From assembly GCA_934294885.1 (NCBI GenBank), contig CAKRAK010000005.1, forward strand, positions 9,535 to 73,534: a stretch of DNA of 64,000 nucleotides, read 5' to 3'. The notes beneath the pieces were generated by a model. It did no database searches, had not been told where the DNA came from, and saw nothing but the letters and a program-made list of their open reading frames with translations. A program made the translations under genes and the position numbers. This DNA is from an uncultured Lachnospiraceae bacterium. Its GTDB lineage: Bacteria > Bacillota > Clostridia > Lachnospirales > Lachnospiraceae. Shown here piece by piece: positions 38,841 through 47,155 of this stretch (its first letter is position 1; every line of letters starts with the position of its first letter).

Positions 38841-38959
38841 TAAATGGATATTATAGGCAGAGATGATAAAATGTTGGCAATTACTTTTCGTATATGTTAA
38901 TATAATTGTATATGTTTACTTTTCGAATACAAAAATACGGAAGAAAAAGAGGTAGTGGT

Positions 38960-41887
38960 ATGAGAATAGGTTTGGACGTAGGTTCAACTACATTAAAATG
39001 TGTTGTTTTAGACGATAGTGATCAGATTGTATATAAGGATTATCAAAGACATTTTTCTCAGATTACAACGAAAACCGTTGGAATGCTTGAAGATATTATG
39101 AACAAATTCCCGGACGAAGAAAATATGAGTCTTTGCATTTCCGGTTCTGCCGGCATGGGTATTGCCGATGATCTTGGAATCCCTTTTGAACAGGAGGTGT
39201 ATGCCACCCGTGTAGCGGTGAATAAAGTAATTCCCGGTACCGATGTTGTAATTGAGCTTGGTGGAGAAGATGCAAAGATTTTGTTTTTAACAGATGGATT
39301 AGAGGTTCGTATGAATGGTTCCTGCGCAGGTGGAACGGGAGCTTTTATTGATCAGATGGCGACCCTTTTGAATATGGAAGCCGGAGAGATGAATGAAGCA
39401 GCAAAGCATTATGAAAAGATTTATACCATAGCCAGCCGTTGTGGTGTTTTTGCCAAGTCAGATGTGCAGCCCCTCTTAAATCAGGGTGCACAGAAGAATG
39501 ATATTGCAGCCAGTATTTTCTATGCAGTAGTGAATCAGACTATCGCAGGTCTTGCACAGGGACGTGAGATTGAAGGGAAGGTTGTATATTTAGGAGGTCC
39601 TCTTACGTTTTTGTCAGAGCTTCGTAAGGCATTTGACCATACATTAAAGCTTGAGGGAATTGCACCGGATAATTCCTTATACTTTGTTGCAATGGGTGCG
39701 GCTCTTAAAAAGGAGACCAAATCCTTTGATTTGAAGGAACTGCAGGAGGCTGTAAAGAATTATACCGCTTCCGGTGGATATGCAAGCTGTAAACCTCTTT
39801 TTACCTCGGAGGATGAGTATCAGCAGTTTATAGACCGTCATAAAAAGAATTCCGACCATATTAAGAATGTGGATACCTTAAAGGGTTCTGCATTTTTAGG
39901 TATTGATGCCGGTTCTACAACAGTAAAGGCGGTTGTTACAGACGAGGATGCCAATATTCTTTGTTCGGAATATTTGCCAAATGGTGGCAATCCGGTTCCG
40001 ATCATTAAGGCATTTTTGGAAAAATTATACAAACAATACCCGGATATTCATATAGAAGCATCTGCGGTAACCGGATACGGTGAAGAGATGATCATGAATG
40101 CCTTTGGTGTTGATTTCGGTATTGTAGAAACGGTGGCGCATTTTACGGCTGCGAAAAAGTTCCAGCCGGATGTGGATTTTATTATTGATATTGGTGGTCA
40201 GGATATCAAATGCTTCCAAATTAGAAATAACGCAATCGACAATATTTTCTTAAATGAAGCATGCTCTTCCGGTTGTGGTTCTTTCTTACAGACCTTCGCG
40301 GGAGCTTTAGGATATCCGATTGATAAGTTTGCAAAATTAGGTTTGTTTGCCGACCGGCCTGTAGACTTAGGTTCCAGATGTACCGTATTTATGAATTCCT
40401 CTGTAAAACAGGCACAAAAGGATGGCGCAACGATTGAGAATATATCAGCGGGTCTGTCTATCTCGGTTGTTAAGAATGCGTTGTATAAGGTAATCCGTGC
40501 GGCCTCTGCAAGTCAGTTAGGGGAGCATATTGTAGTACAGGGTGGAACTTTCTTAAATAACGCTGTTTTGCGTGCCTTTGAACAGGAAATCGGACATGAT
40601 GTTGTACGTCCTGAAATGGCGGGAATTATGGGAGCTTACGGTGCTGCATTATATGCAAAGGAAAACAGTACCGGAAAGAGCACGATTATTCAGGCAGATG
40701 AATTGGCAGAATTTAAGCATGATATCACAATGACAACCTGTAACGGATGTAATAATCACTGCAAATTAACGATTAATACCTTTGCCAACGGAAGACGTTT
40801 TATCAGTGGCAATCGCTGTGACAAGCCTACCGCAAAGAAGGTGGAAGGTAATCGTTATGATTTATATGAATATAAGCTTCGGTTATTGGATGAATATCGG
40901 AAGTCTGACATTCCGAAAGAAATGTCAAAGGGAACCATAGGAATCCCAATGGGACTGAATATGTATGAGCTGCTTCCGTTTTGGTTTACATTATTTACTA
41001 AGCTTGGTTTTAATGTAGTGACCTCTCCGAATTCAAGCAGAAGTCTTTACTTAAGCGGACAACATACCATTCCGTCGGATACGGTTTGTTTCCCTGCAAA
41101 GCTGATGCATGGACATATCGAGTATCTTTTGAAGGAAGACGTAGATGCAATCTTTTATCCATGCTTAAGCTATAATCTGGATGAAGGTTTAGGTGATAAT
41201 CATTATAACTGTCCGGTTGTTGCATATTATCCGGAGGTGCTTTCTGCCAATGTAAAGGCACTTCGGGATGTAAAATTTATTTATGATTATTTGGGAATCC
41301 ATCGTAGAAAGGATTTTACGAAGAAATTCCATGAATTGTTAAACCGATATTTTGGTGAATTTAAGTTTTCGGAGGTTTCCGTTGCTTGTAATTATGCGTA
41401 TCAGGAATATGAAAAGCATATGCACCTTGTTCGTATGGAAGGCAAGAAATATCTGCGCCTTGCAAAGGAAGAGGGCAAACCGGTTATTGTTCTTGCCGGT
41501 CGTCCGTATCATCTTGATCCGGAGATTAACCATGGAATCAATAAGTTAATCTGTGATTTGGGTGCTGCGGTTATAACGGAAGATTCCATATCGGATATTG
41601 CAAATCATCCAAAGACAAAAGTCTTGAATCAGTGGATGTATCATTCCAGAATGTATGCGGCAGCACAGTTTGTAGCAGATGCGAAGGATCCGGCACTGAA
41701 TCTGGTTCAGTTGGTATCCTTTGGCTGTGGTGTAGATGCCATTACAACAGATGAGGTTCGCCGGATACTGGAGGAACAGGGAAAAATATATACTCAGATA
41801 AAGATAGATGAAATTACAAATCTTGGCGCAGTTAAGATCAGACTTCGTAGTTTATTTGCTGCTTCAGGACAGAAAGGAGAGAAGTAA
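38960..41887 (+). CDS. double BadF/BadG/BcrA/BcrD-type ATPase (2-hydroxyacyl-CoA dehydratase activase-like) with a C-terminal extension
   Basis: Two ATPase modules start with MRIGLDVGSTTLKCVV and FLGIDAGSTTVKAVV. Cys cluster CNGCNNHCKL...GNRCDKP. ATG at 38960 follows RBS AGAGGT. Confidence 0.75.
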   Translation: MRIGLDVGSTTLKCVVLDDSDQIVYKDYQRHFSQITTKTVGMLEDIMNKFPDEENMSLCISGSAGMGIADDLGIPFEQEVYATRVAVNKVIPGTDVVIELGGEDAKILFLTDGLEVRMNGSCAGGTGAFIDQMATLLNMEAGEMNEAAKHYEKIYTIASRCGVFAKSDVQPLLNQGAQKNDIAASIFYAVVNQTIAGLAQGREIEGKVVYLGGPLTFLSELRKAFDHTLKLEGIAPDNSLYFVAMGAALKKETKSFDLKELQEAVKNYTASGGYASCKPLFTSEDEYQQFIDRHKKNSDHIKNVDTLKGSAFLGIDAGSTTVKAVVTDEDANILCSEYLPNGGNPVPIIKAFLEKLYKQYPDIHIEASAVTGYGEEMIMNAFGVDFGIVETVAHFTAAKKFQPDVDFIIDIGGQDIKCFQIRNNAIDNIFLNEACSSGCGSFLQTFAGALGYPIDKFAKLGLFADRPVDLGSRCTVFMNSSVKQAQKDGATIENISAGLSISVVKNALYKVIRAASASQLGEHIVVQGGTFLNNAVLRAFEQEIGHDVVRPEMAGIMGAYGAALYAKENSTGKSTIIQADELAEFKHDITMTTCNGCNNHCKLTINTFANGRRFISGNRCDKPTAKKVEGNRYDLYEYKLRLLDEYRKSDIPKEMSKGTIGIPMGLNMYELLPFWFTLFTKLGFNVVTSPNSSRSLYLSGQHTIPSDTVCFPAKLMHGHIEYLLKEDVDAIFYPCLSYNLDEGLGDNHYNCPVVAYYPEVLSANVKALRDVKFIYDYLGIHRRKDFTKKFHELLNRYFGEFKFSEVSVACNYAYQEYEKHMHLVRMEGKKYLRLAKEEGKPVIVLAGRPYHLDPEINHGINKLICDLGAAVITEDSISDIANHPKTKVLNQWMYHSRMYAAAQFVADAKDPALNLVQLVSFGCGVDAITTDEVRRILEEQGKIYTQIKIDEITNLGAVKIRLRSLFAASGQKGEK

Positions 41888-41889
41888 GA

Positions 41890-43194
41890 ATGGACAATCT
41901 GAAAGAAAATGACGTAAATCATAACAGCTGCGGTTCAGGATTGTCAGCATCACCGGAACGGGTGTTGTTCACAAAGGAAATGAAAAAGGATTACACAATC
42001 CTGATTCCGGATATGTTACCGGTTCATTTTCGTTTGCTTCGAACGATTTTCACCCAGAATGGTTATAAGGTAGCCCTTTTAAAGAATACCGGAAGAAAAG
42101 TAGTGGATACGGGATTAAAATATGTACATAATGATACATGTTATCCGGCATTACTGGTAATTGGACAGATGATAAGTGCTCTTCAAAGCGGTAAATACGA
42201 TGTGAATAAAACAGCATTGATCATTACTCAGACCGGTGGCGGATGCAGAGCTTCCAATTATATCCATTTGCTTCGTAAGGCATTGGTCAAAGCGGGACTT
42301 TCCCAGGTTCCGGTTATTTCTCTGAATGTATCCGGACTGGAAAGTAATCCGGGCTTTAAGCTGACATTGGAGATGATCTATCAGGCATTTATCGGGCTTG
42401 CTTATGGGGATTTGTTTATGCTGTTGAAGAACCAGACAAGATCCTATGAAGTGAATAAGGGAGATGCAGATAAAGTCATTGATAAATGGTGTAAAATCTT
42501 ATCCCAGCAATTCCGTCAGCGAAAGGGATATACCCCAAAGGGTGTAGAGAAAAACATGAAAGCAATCGTTGAGGATTTTGCAAAGATTCCCTTATCTGGT
42601 GAGAAGAAAACGAAGGTTGGAGTTGTTGGAGAAATCTATGTAAAATATTCCTCTATGGCAAACAACAATCTGGAAGAATTTCTGGTTAGTCAGGATTGTG
42701 AGGTTATGGTGCCGGGTGTAATGGGCTTCATGATGTTCAAGGTAGATAACCGTATTGAGGATATTAATTTATATGGTGGTAATCCTGCCAAGAAGAAAGT
42801 GTGTCAGGCACTGATGAAGTATTGTAAGGTGTTAGAGGGTAATATCGTGGATGCTGTAACCAAGTACAGCGATTTTACACCTCCTGCAAAATATGAACAT
42901 ATTAAAGAACTGGTAACCGGTGTGGTTGGTCTTGGTAATAAGATGGGAGAAGGCTGGCTGTTAACGGCAGAGATGTTGGAATTGTCCGAATCCGGCTATG
43001 GAAATATCATCTGTGCACAGCCGTTTGGATGTCTGCCAAACCATATTGTGGGAAAGGGCATGGTAAGAAGGATTAAGGAAATATATCCAAATGCCAATAT
43101 TGTTCCGATTGATTACGATCCGGGAGCAACAAAGGTTAATCAGGAGAATCGTATCAAATTAATGCTTTCTGTAGCGCGGGAAGAACAGGAATAA
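41890..43194 (+). CDS. 2-hydroxyacyl-CoA dehydratase-like (D-component / DUF2229-like) protein
   Basis: Starts 3 nt after the activase-like gene. HNDTCYPA, TQTGGGCRASNY and AQPFGCLPNH motifs are typical of this family. Confidence 0.65.
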   Translation: MDNLKENDVNHNSCGSGLSASPERVLFTKEMKKDYTILIPDMLPVHFRLLRTIFTQNGYKVALLKNTGRKVVDTGLKYVHNDTCYPALLVIGQMISALQSGKYDVNKTALIITQTGGGCRASNYIHLLRKALVKAGLSQVPVISLNVSGLESNPGFKLTLEMIYQAFIGLAYGDLFMLLKNQTRSYEVNKGDADKVIDKWCKILSQQFRQRKGYTPKGVEKNMKAIVEDFAKIPLSGEKKTKVGVVGEIYVKYSSMANNNLEEFLVSQDCEVMVPGVMGFMMFKVDNRIEDINLYGGNPAKKKVCQALMKYCKVLEGNIVDAVTKYSDFTPPAKYEHIKELVTGVVGLGNKMGEGWLLTAEMLELSESGYGNIICAQPFGCLPNHIVGKGMVRRIKEIYPNANIVPIDYDPGATKVNQENRIKLMLSVAREEQE

Positions 43195-43218
43195 TCAAAG
43201 ATAAGAAAGGGGTGTTTT

Positions 43219-44928
43219 GTGATGAATTCAAATAATGTACGTTTGAGCAGAAACAACGAAACGGCACTGCAGCTCGTTATTATTCTGACAGTGGTTCGTC
43301 TTGTGTTCAGTTTATTTGCAAAGAAAGAACTTTTTAGTACCACCTGGCTGGTGATTCAGGCTGTGTTATGTGTTGCATTGATTGCAGGCTGCGTTGTGAT
43401 GTATAAGCTGATGACAGACAGTGAGCTTGTAAAATTTATTGCCTGTGGGGGTTTTGTTGTTGTCGCTGCAATTTCAATTTTTAATAATAATGAGGCGCAT
43501 AATATTATTCCTTTGTGTGCATTGATTGTTGTTACTTTAACATATTTGGATGAGATGTTCAGTGCCATGTGTGCAGGATTATGTGGTGTATTTCTGATTA
43601 TAAAAACGATCATTATGTTTGTTAAAGTCGGTGCATCCATGGGAAGTATGTGGCTTGCAGCATTGCTTTTGTTCGGTGTTATGACATATATCTTATATGT
43701 AACAGCATCTAATGTAGTCAGAATGCAGCAGACAGACCAGCAGGAAATACAATATCATCTGATGTATCAGGAAGAGGTTACCCAGAATATGGTTGGGGTT
43801 GTAAATGATGGTAATCAGCATATTGAGGCATTGCAGACAACCCTGGATAATTTCCATGCCGCAACAGAAGAGGTTGCCCGTAGTGTAGATGCGATTTCCC
43901 ACAGTGTAACGGAGACGGCATTAAATATTGAAAACCAGACGGATATGACCGCTCAGATTCAGGAAATTATAGATCAACTGATTGAAGTAAAGGATCGCAC
44001 CGTTTCTTCTGCAAATCAGGCAGTATCGGCAACGGAAACCGGTGGAAAGCTGGTTGCTCAGTTGAAGGAGAAGTCTGCAGATATTGCCATAACCAATCAA
44101 AATGTTACAGAGGTGGCAATGGAATTGCAATCTAAAATTGAATCCGCAGAGGAAATTACCCAGTTGATTTATCAGGTATCTTCCCAGACCAACCTTCTTG
44201 CATTGAATGCATCCATAGAGGCTGCAAGAGCGGGAGAAGCCGGACGGGGATTTTCTGTTGTTGCTGACGAGATTCGAAAGCTGGCAGATAATACAAAGCA
44301 GTCTATTGATAAAATCACGGAATTGTTACAGGGTATTACAGAATTATCCAACCACACAGCGAAGCTGGTCAATAATTCTGTAAAGGCATCGGATGCTCAG
44401 GCGGAATATATTGATGAGGTTACTAATGCATTCGAAAGTATTTCCGGAGTGGTAGAAGAGCTTCATGGCAATATGTCCAGTCTGGATAGTCTGAGTACGA
44501 ATTTAAGTGAAAGTAATAATGTAATCATTGATAGTCTGATGAATCAGCAGGCAGCCAGTGAAGAGATGGCGGCAAATGCACAGTCATCGGCTGATTTAAG
44601 CCAGAGTAATCTGGATGATCTGACAAATGTTATCGGCGAGTTAGATGAAATTGCCCGGATTATCGGCAGTTTGAGGGAGATTGAAGGAATGGAAGATGTT
44701 GAGGCTCCTTCCAAGGAGGCACCAATTCCAGAGGTGCCGGCACCGGAGACCGCTGGTTTTCAACCGGAGGCTTCATTTGAGGAACCTTGGGAAGCAGAAC
44801 CGGATATGGAGCTTGAGGAGGCTGAATCGGAAGAAGTTCCGGATGAAGCTCCGATTGGCTTTACGCCACCAAGTCCGGAAAGTCTGATGAACGGAGATTA
44901 TGATGACGACTGGGGCGAGAAGCTCTAA
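43219..44928 (+). CDS. methyl-accepting chemotaxis protein with a polytopic membrane N-terminus and an acidic Pro/Glu-rich C-terminal tail
   Basis: Signalling motif [38 protein letters not shown]. About 5-6 TM helices in the first 165 aa. GTG at 43219 or ATG at 43222. Confidence 0.9.
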   Translation: MMNSNNVRLSRNNETALQLVIILTVVRLVFSLFAKKELFSTTWLVIQAVLCVALIAGCVVMYKLMTDSELVKFIACGGFVVVAAISIFNNNEAHNIIPLCALIVVTLTYLDEMFSAMCAGLCGVFLIIKTIIMFVKVGASMGSMWLAALLLFGVMTYILYVTASNVVRMQQTDQQEIQYHLMYQEEVTQNMVGVVNDGNQHIEALQTTLDNFHAATEEVARSVDAISHSVTETALNIENQTDMTAQIQEIIDQLIEVKDRTVSSANQAVSATETGGKLVAQLKEKSADIAITNQNVTEVAMELQSKIESAEEITQLIYQVSSQTNLLALNASIEAARAGEAGRGFSVVADEIRKLADNTKQSIDKITELLQGITELSNHTAKLVNNSVKASDAQAEYIDEVTNAFESISGVVEELHGNMSSLDSLSTNLSESNNVIIDSLMNQQAASEEMAANAQSSADLSQSNLDDLTNVIGELDEIARIIGSLREIEGMEDVEAPSKEAPIPEVPAPETAGFQPEASFEEPWEAEPDMELEEAESEEVPDEAPIGFTPPSPESLMNGDYDDDWGEKL

Positions 44929-44950
44929 CAGGAACAGAAGATGAAAGTAT

Positions 44951-44992
44951 GGAAGGATTGAATTCTTTTGGGAATTGAATCCTTCTCTTTTA
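44951..44992 (+). terminator. intrinsic terminator
   Basis: Stem gaaggattgaattc / gaattgaatccttc followed by a T-rich tract. Confidence 0.8.
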
Positions 44993-45093
44993 TTCTTCTT
45001 TATTTAAACTGTTTGTTCAGGCATTTGCACAAATTATGATAGTTATCACGGAAATATCCAATGCCTTACAGGAGAGCACAGAGAGGAGACAGA

Positions 45094-45369
45094 ATGTTTC
45101 GCGTTTGGGGAAAATTAATAAAAGATAATCATTTAGTAAAGGATTCCGTTGTGGTGGTAGACGATATGTCATTAAGCAGAACGAAAAAGACATACGCCGC
45201 TTTGGATATGTTATGCCGGGAATTTGATCTGGCAAGACCCATTTGGTTAGAGTCCAATAAGAAAGATTTTATAAGAGTGGCAAAGACACGGTTTACTCAG
45301 GACAGCTTTATTGAAACGATTCCCTTTGATTATCTGGAGTTTCAGGTAATAGAAGAGGATTACGGATGA
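45094..45369 (+). CDS. hypothetical small protein (91 aa)
   Basis: ATG at 45094 follows RBS GAGAGGAGA. No motif recognised. Confidence 0.5.
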   Translation: MFRVWGKLIKDNHLVKDSVVVVDDMSLSRTKKTYAALDMLCREFDLARPIWLESNKKDFIRVAKTRFTQDSFIETIPFDYLEFQVIEEDYG

Positions 45370-45478
45370 CACAAAATTAATACAGGATATTCACATTTTT
45401 GTCACATTCGGTTGATAGTATAACTCTTGAAAGTAAACAATATATTGTTCAAGTAAGTTATAGAAGGGTGGCTTTATT

Positions 45479-46978
45479 ATGGAAGAGAGTAATAACCAAA
45501 ACAATAACCAAAATAATAACCAAGTCAGTACAACGGGATCAACGTATCATTACGGACCGAATGAAAGTCCATATAGCAGAGAGTCGATTAATGGTAACTA
45601 CAGTTATCAGTATTATCAGCAGGATGCAGGTCAGAGTATGACCGATAATAAAGAAAAACGTAAAAAGAAAAAAGAAAAGCATTCTAAGGGCAACGGTAAA
45701 AAGGTTGCTGCCTTAGTAGGAAGTGCAGTTGCATTTGGATGCATTGCGGGTGCGGTAATGTTTGGTGTTACTGCAGTTGGTAATAAGGTGTTTAAGACAA
45801 AAACAGCGGTATCATCTACAGAGATTTCTCCTGTTACAACATCAACATCGGATTCTAATGCATCCACAAATCAGGATGTGGCAGACGTTGTAGAGAACGT
45901 AATGCCATCCATCGTATCTGTTACCAATACATCCGTACAGCGTGTCAGATCATGGTTCGAGTCATATGAACAGGAGGTTCAGGGAGCAGGCTCCGGTATC
46001 ATTATCGGTCAGACTGACGGAGAAGTTTTGATTGCAACCAATAATCATGTTATAGATGGAGCAAAGGAGATTACCATTACCTTCTGTGACGATGAATCAG
46101 TGGAAGCGACTGTAAAGGGAACAGATTCCATATCTGATCTGGCAGTTTTAGCAGTTAAGACATCCGATATGAAGGATGAGACAGTTGATAAGATAAAAGT
46201 AGCTGCATTAGGTTCTTCAGATGATTTACGTGTAGGAGAATCGGCCATTGCAATCGGTAATGCATTAGGTTACGGACAATCTGTTACAGTAGGATATATC
46301 AGTGCATTGAACCGAGAGGTTGAGGCAGAGGATGCATCAACAATTAAGATGTTACAGACAGATGCAGCTATTAATCCGGGTAACAGTGGTGGTGCACTAT
46401 TGAATGAAAAAGGTGAAGTGATTGGTATTAATTCCGCCAAATATGTAGACAGCACGGTAGAAGGTATGGGTTATGCAATCCCAATTTCAGATGCGATTCC
46501 GATTATCAATGATTTGATGAATCAGGAAGTTATCGCAGATGACGAACAGGGTTATCTTGGAATACAGGGTAATGATATTACAGACGAGTATGCAAGTGGA
46601 TTTAATATGCCAAAGGGTGTCTATGTTGTTAAGATATTAGATGATTCCCCAGCCAGCTCATGTGGTCTGAAAGCAGGAGATGTTATTACAAAGATTGCAG
46701 GTCGTGAGATTTCCAGCATGGAAAATCTTCAGAGTGTTTTGTCTAACAAGAAAGCAGGAGAAGAGGTTGAGTTAGTAATACAACGTAATAATGAAAAGGG
46801 CGAATACGAGGAGGTAACATTAAAGGTTACATTAGGAGCCAAAAAGGATATGCCGGATCAGGGTTCTTCCGATTCCTCAGATTCTTCCGATGAAGATACA
46901 ACCACAGAGGAACAGTCTTCACAGCAAAAGATACCGGATGAGTTACAGGAGCAGTACGAATATTTCTTCGGTAATTAA
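45479..46978 (+). CDS. htrA: HtrA/DegP-family serine protease (S1C) with one PDZ domain
   Basis: TM anchor. Catalytic contexts TNNHVI, SDLAVL and GNSGGAL. The PDZ domain contains GLKAGDVITKI. Confidence 0.9.
   Translation: MEESNNQNNNQNNNQVSTTGSTYHYGPNESPYSRESINGNYSYQYYQQDAGQSMTDNKEKRKKKKEKHSKGNGKKVAALVGSAVAFGCIAGAVMFGVTAVGNKVFKTKTAVSSTEISPVTTSTSDSNASTNQDVADVVENVMPSIVSVTNTSVQRVRSWFESYEQEVQGAGSGIIIGQTDGEVLIATNNHVIDGAKEITITFCDDESVEATVKGTDSISDLAVLAVKTSDMKDETVDKIKVAALGSSDDLRVGESAIAIGNALGYGQSVTVGYISALNREVEAEDASTIKMLQTDAAINPGNSGGALLNEKGEVIGINSAKYVDSTVEGMGYAIPISDAIPIINDLMNQEVIADDEQGYLGIQGNDITDEYASGFNMPKGVYVVKILDDSPASSCGLKAGDVITKIAGREISSMENLQSVLSNKKAGEEVELVIQRNNEKGEYEEVTLKVTLGAKKDMPDQGSSDSSDSSDEDTTTEEQSSQQKIPDELQEQYEYFFGN
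45491..45523 (+). repeat. in-frame 12-nt coding tandem repeat (AATAACCAAAAY, 2.75 copies) encoding NNQN repeats
   Basis: Read directly: aataaccaaaac aataaccaaaat aataaccaa, inside the htrA 5' end. Confidence 0.9.
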
Positions 46979-46990
46979 ATATTGATTTTA

Positions 46991-47038
46991 GAATCCCCGA
47001 ATGATTCCGTTACAGGAAGGATTCGGGGATTTTTTTGT
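46991..47038 (+). terminator. intrinsic terminator after htrA
   Basis: Stem aatccccgaat / attcggggatt followed by a T7 run. Confidence 0.85.
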
Positions 47039-47155
47039 TGTATAAAATATAAAAAAATGAAAAATATAGAATGAAACTGGATTTTATTTTTTTAATGGTA
47101 TATAATAATGGAGGGTTTTTATAATGTAATTAGGGTTAAAACCGGGGAGTAACAG

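Noticed and set aside
38906-38959. 18-codon N-terminal extension of the activase-like ORF (MYMFTFRIQKYGRKRGSG).
   Set aside because: The ATG at 38960 has RBS AGAGGT and gives the canonical MRIGLDVGSTT ATPase start. The extension is AT-rich leader sequence.
45399-45641. 80-aa ORF overlapping the htrA 5' end in another frame (…ITKTITKIITK…).
   Set aside because: It is a frame-shifted reading of the 12-nt coding repeat and the htrA N-terminus, with no independent support.
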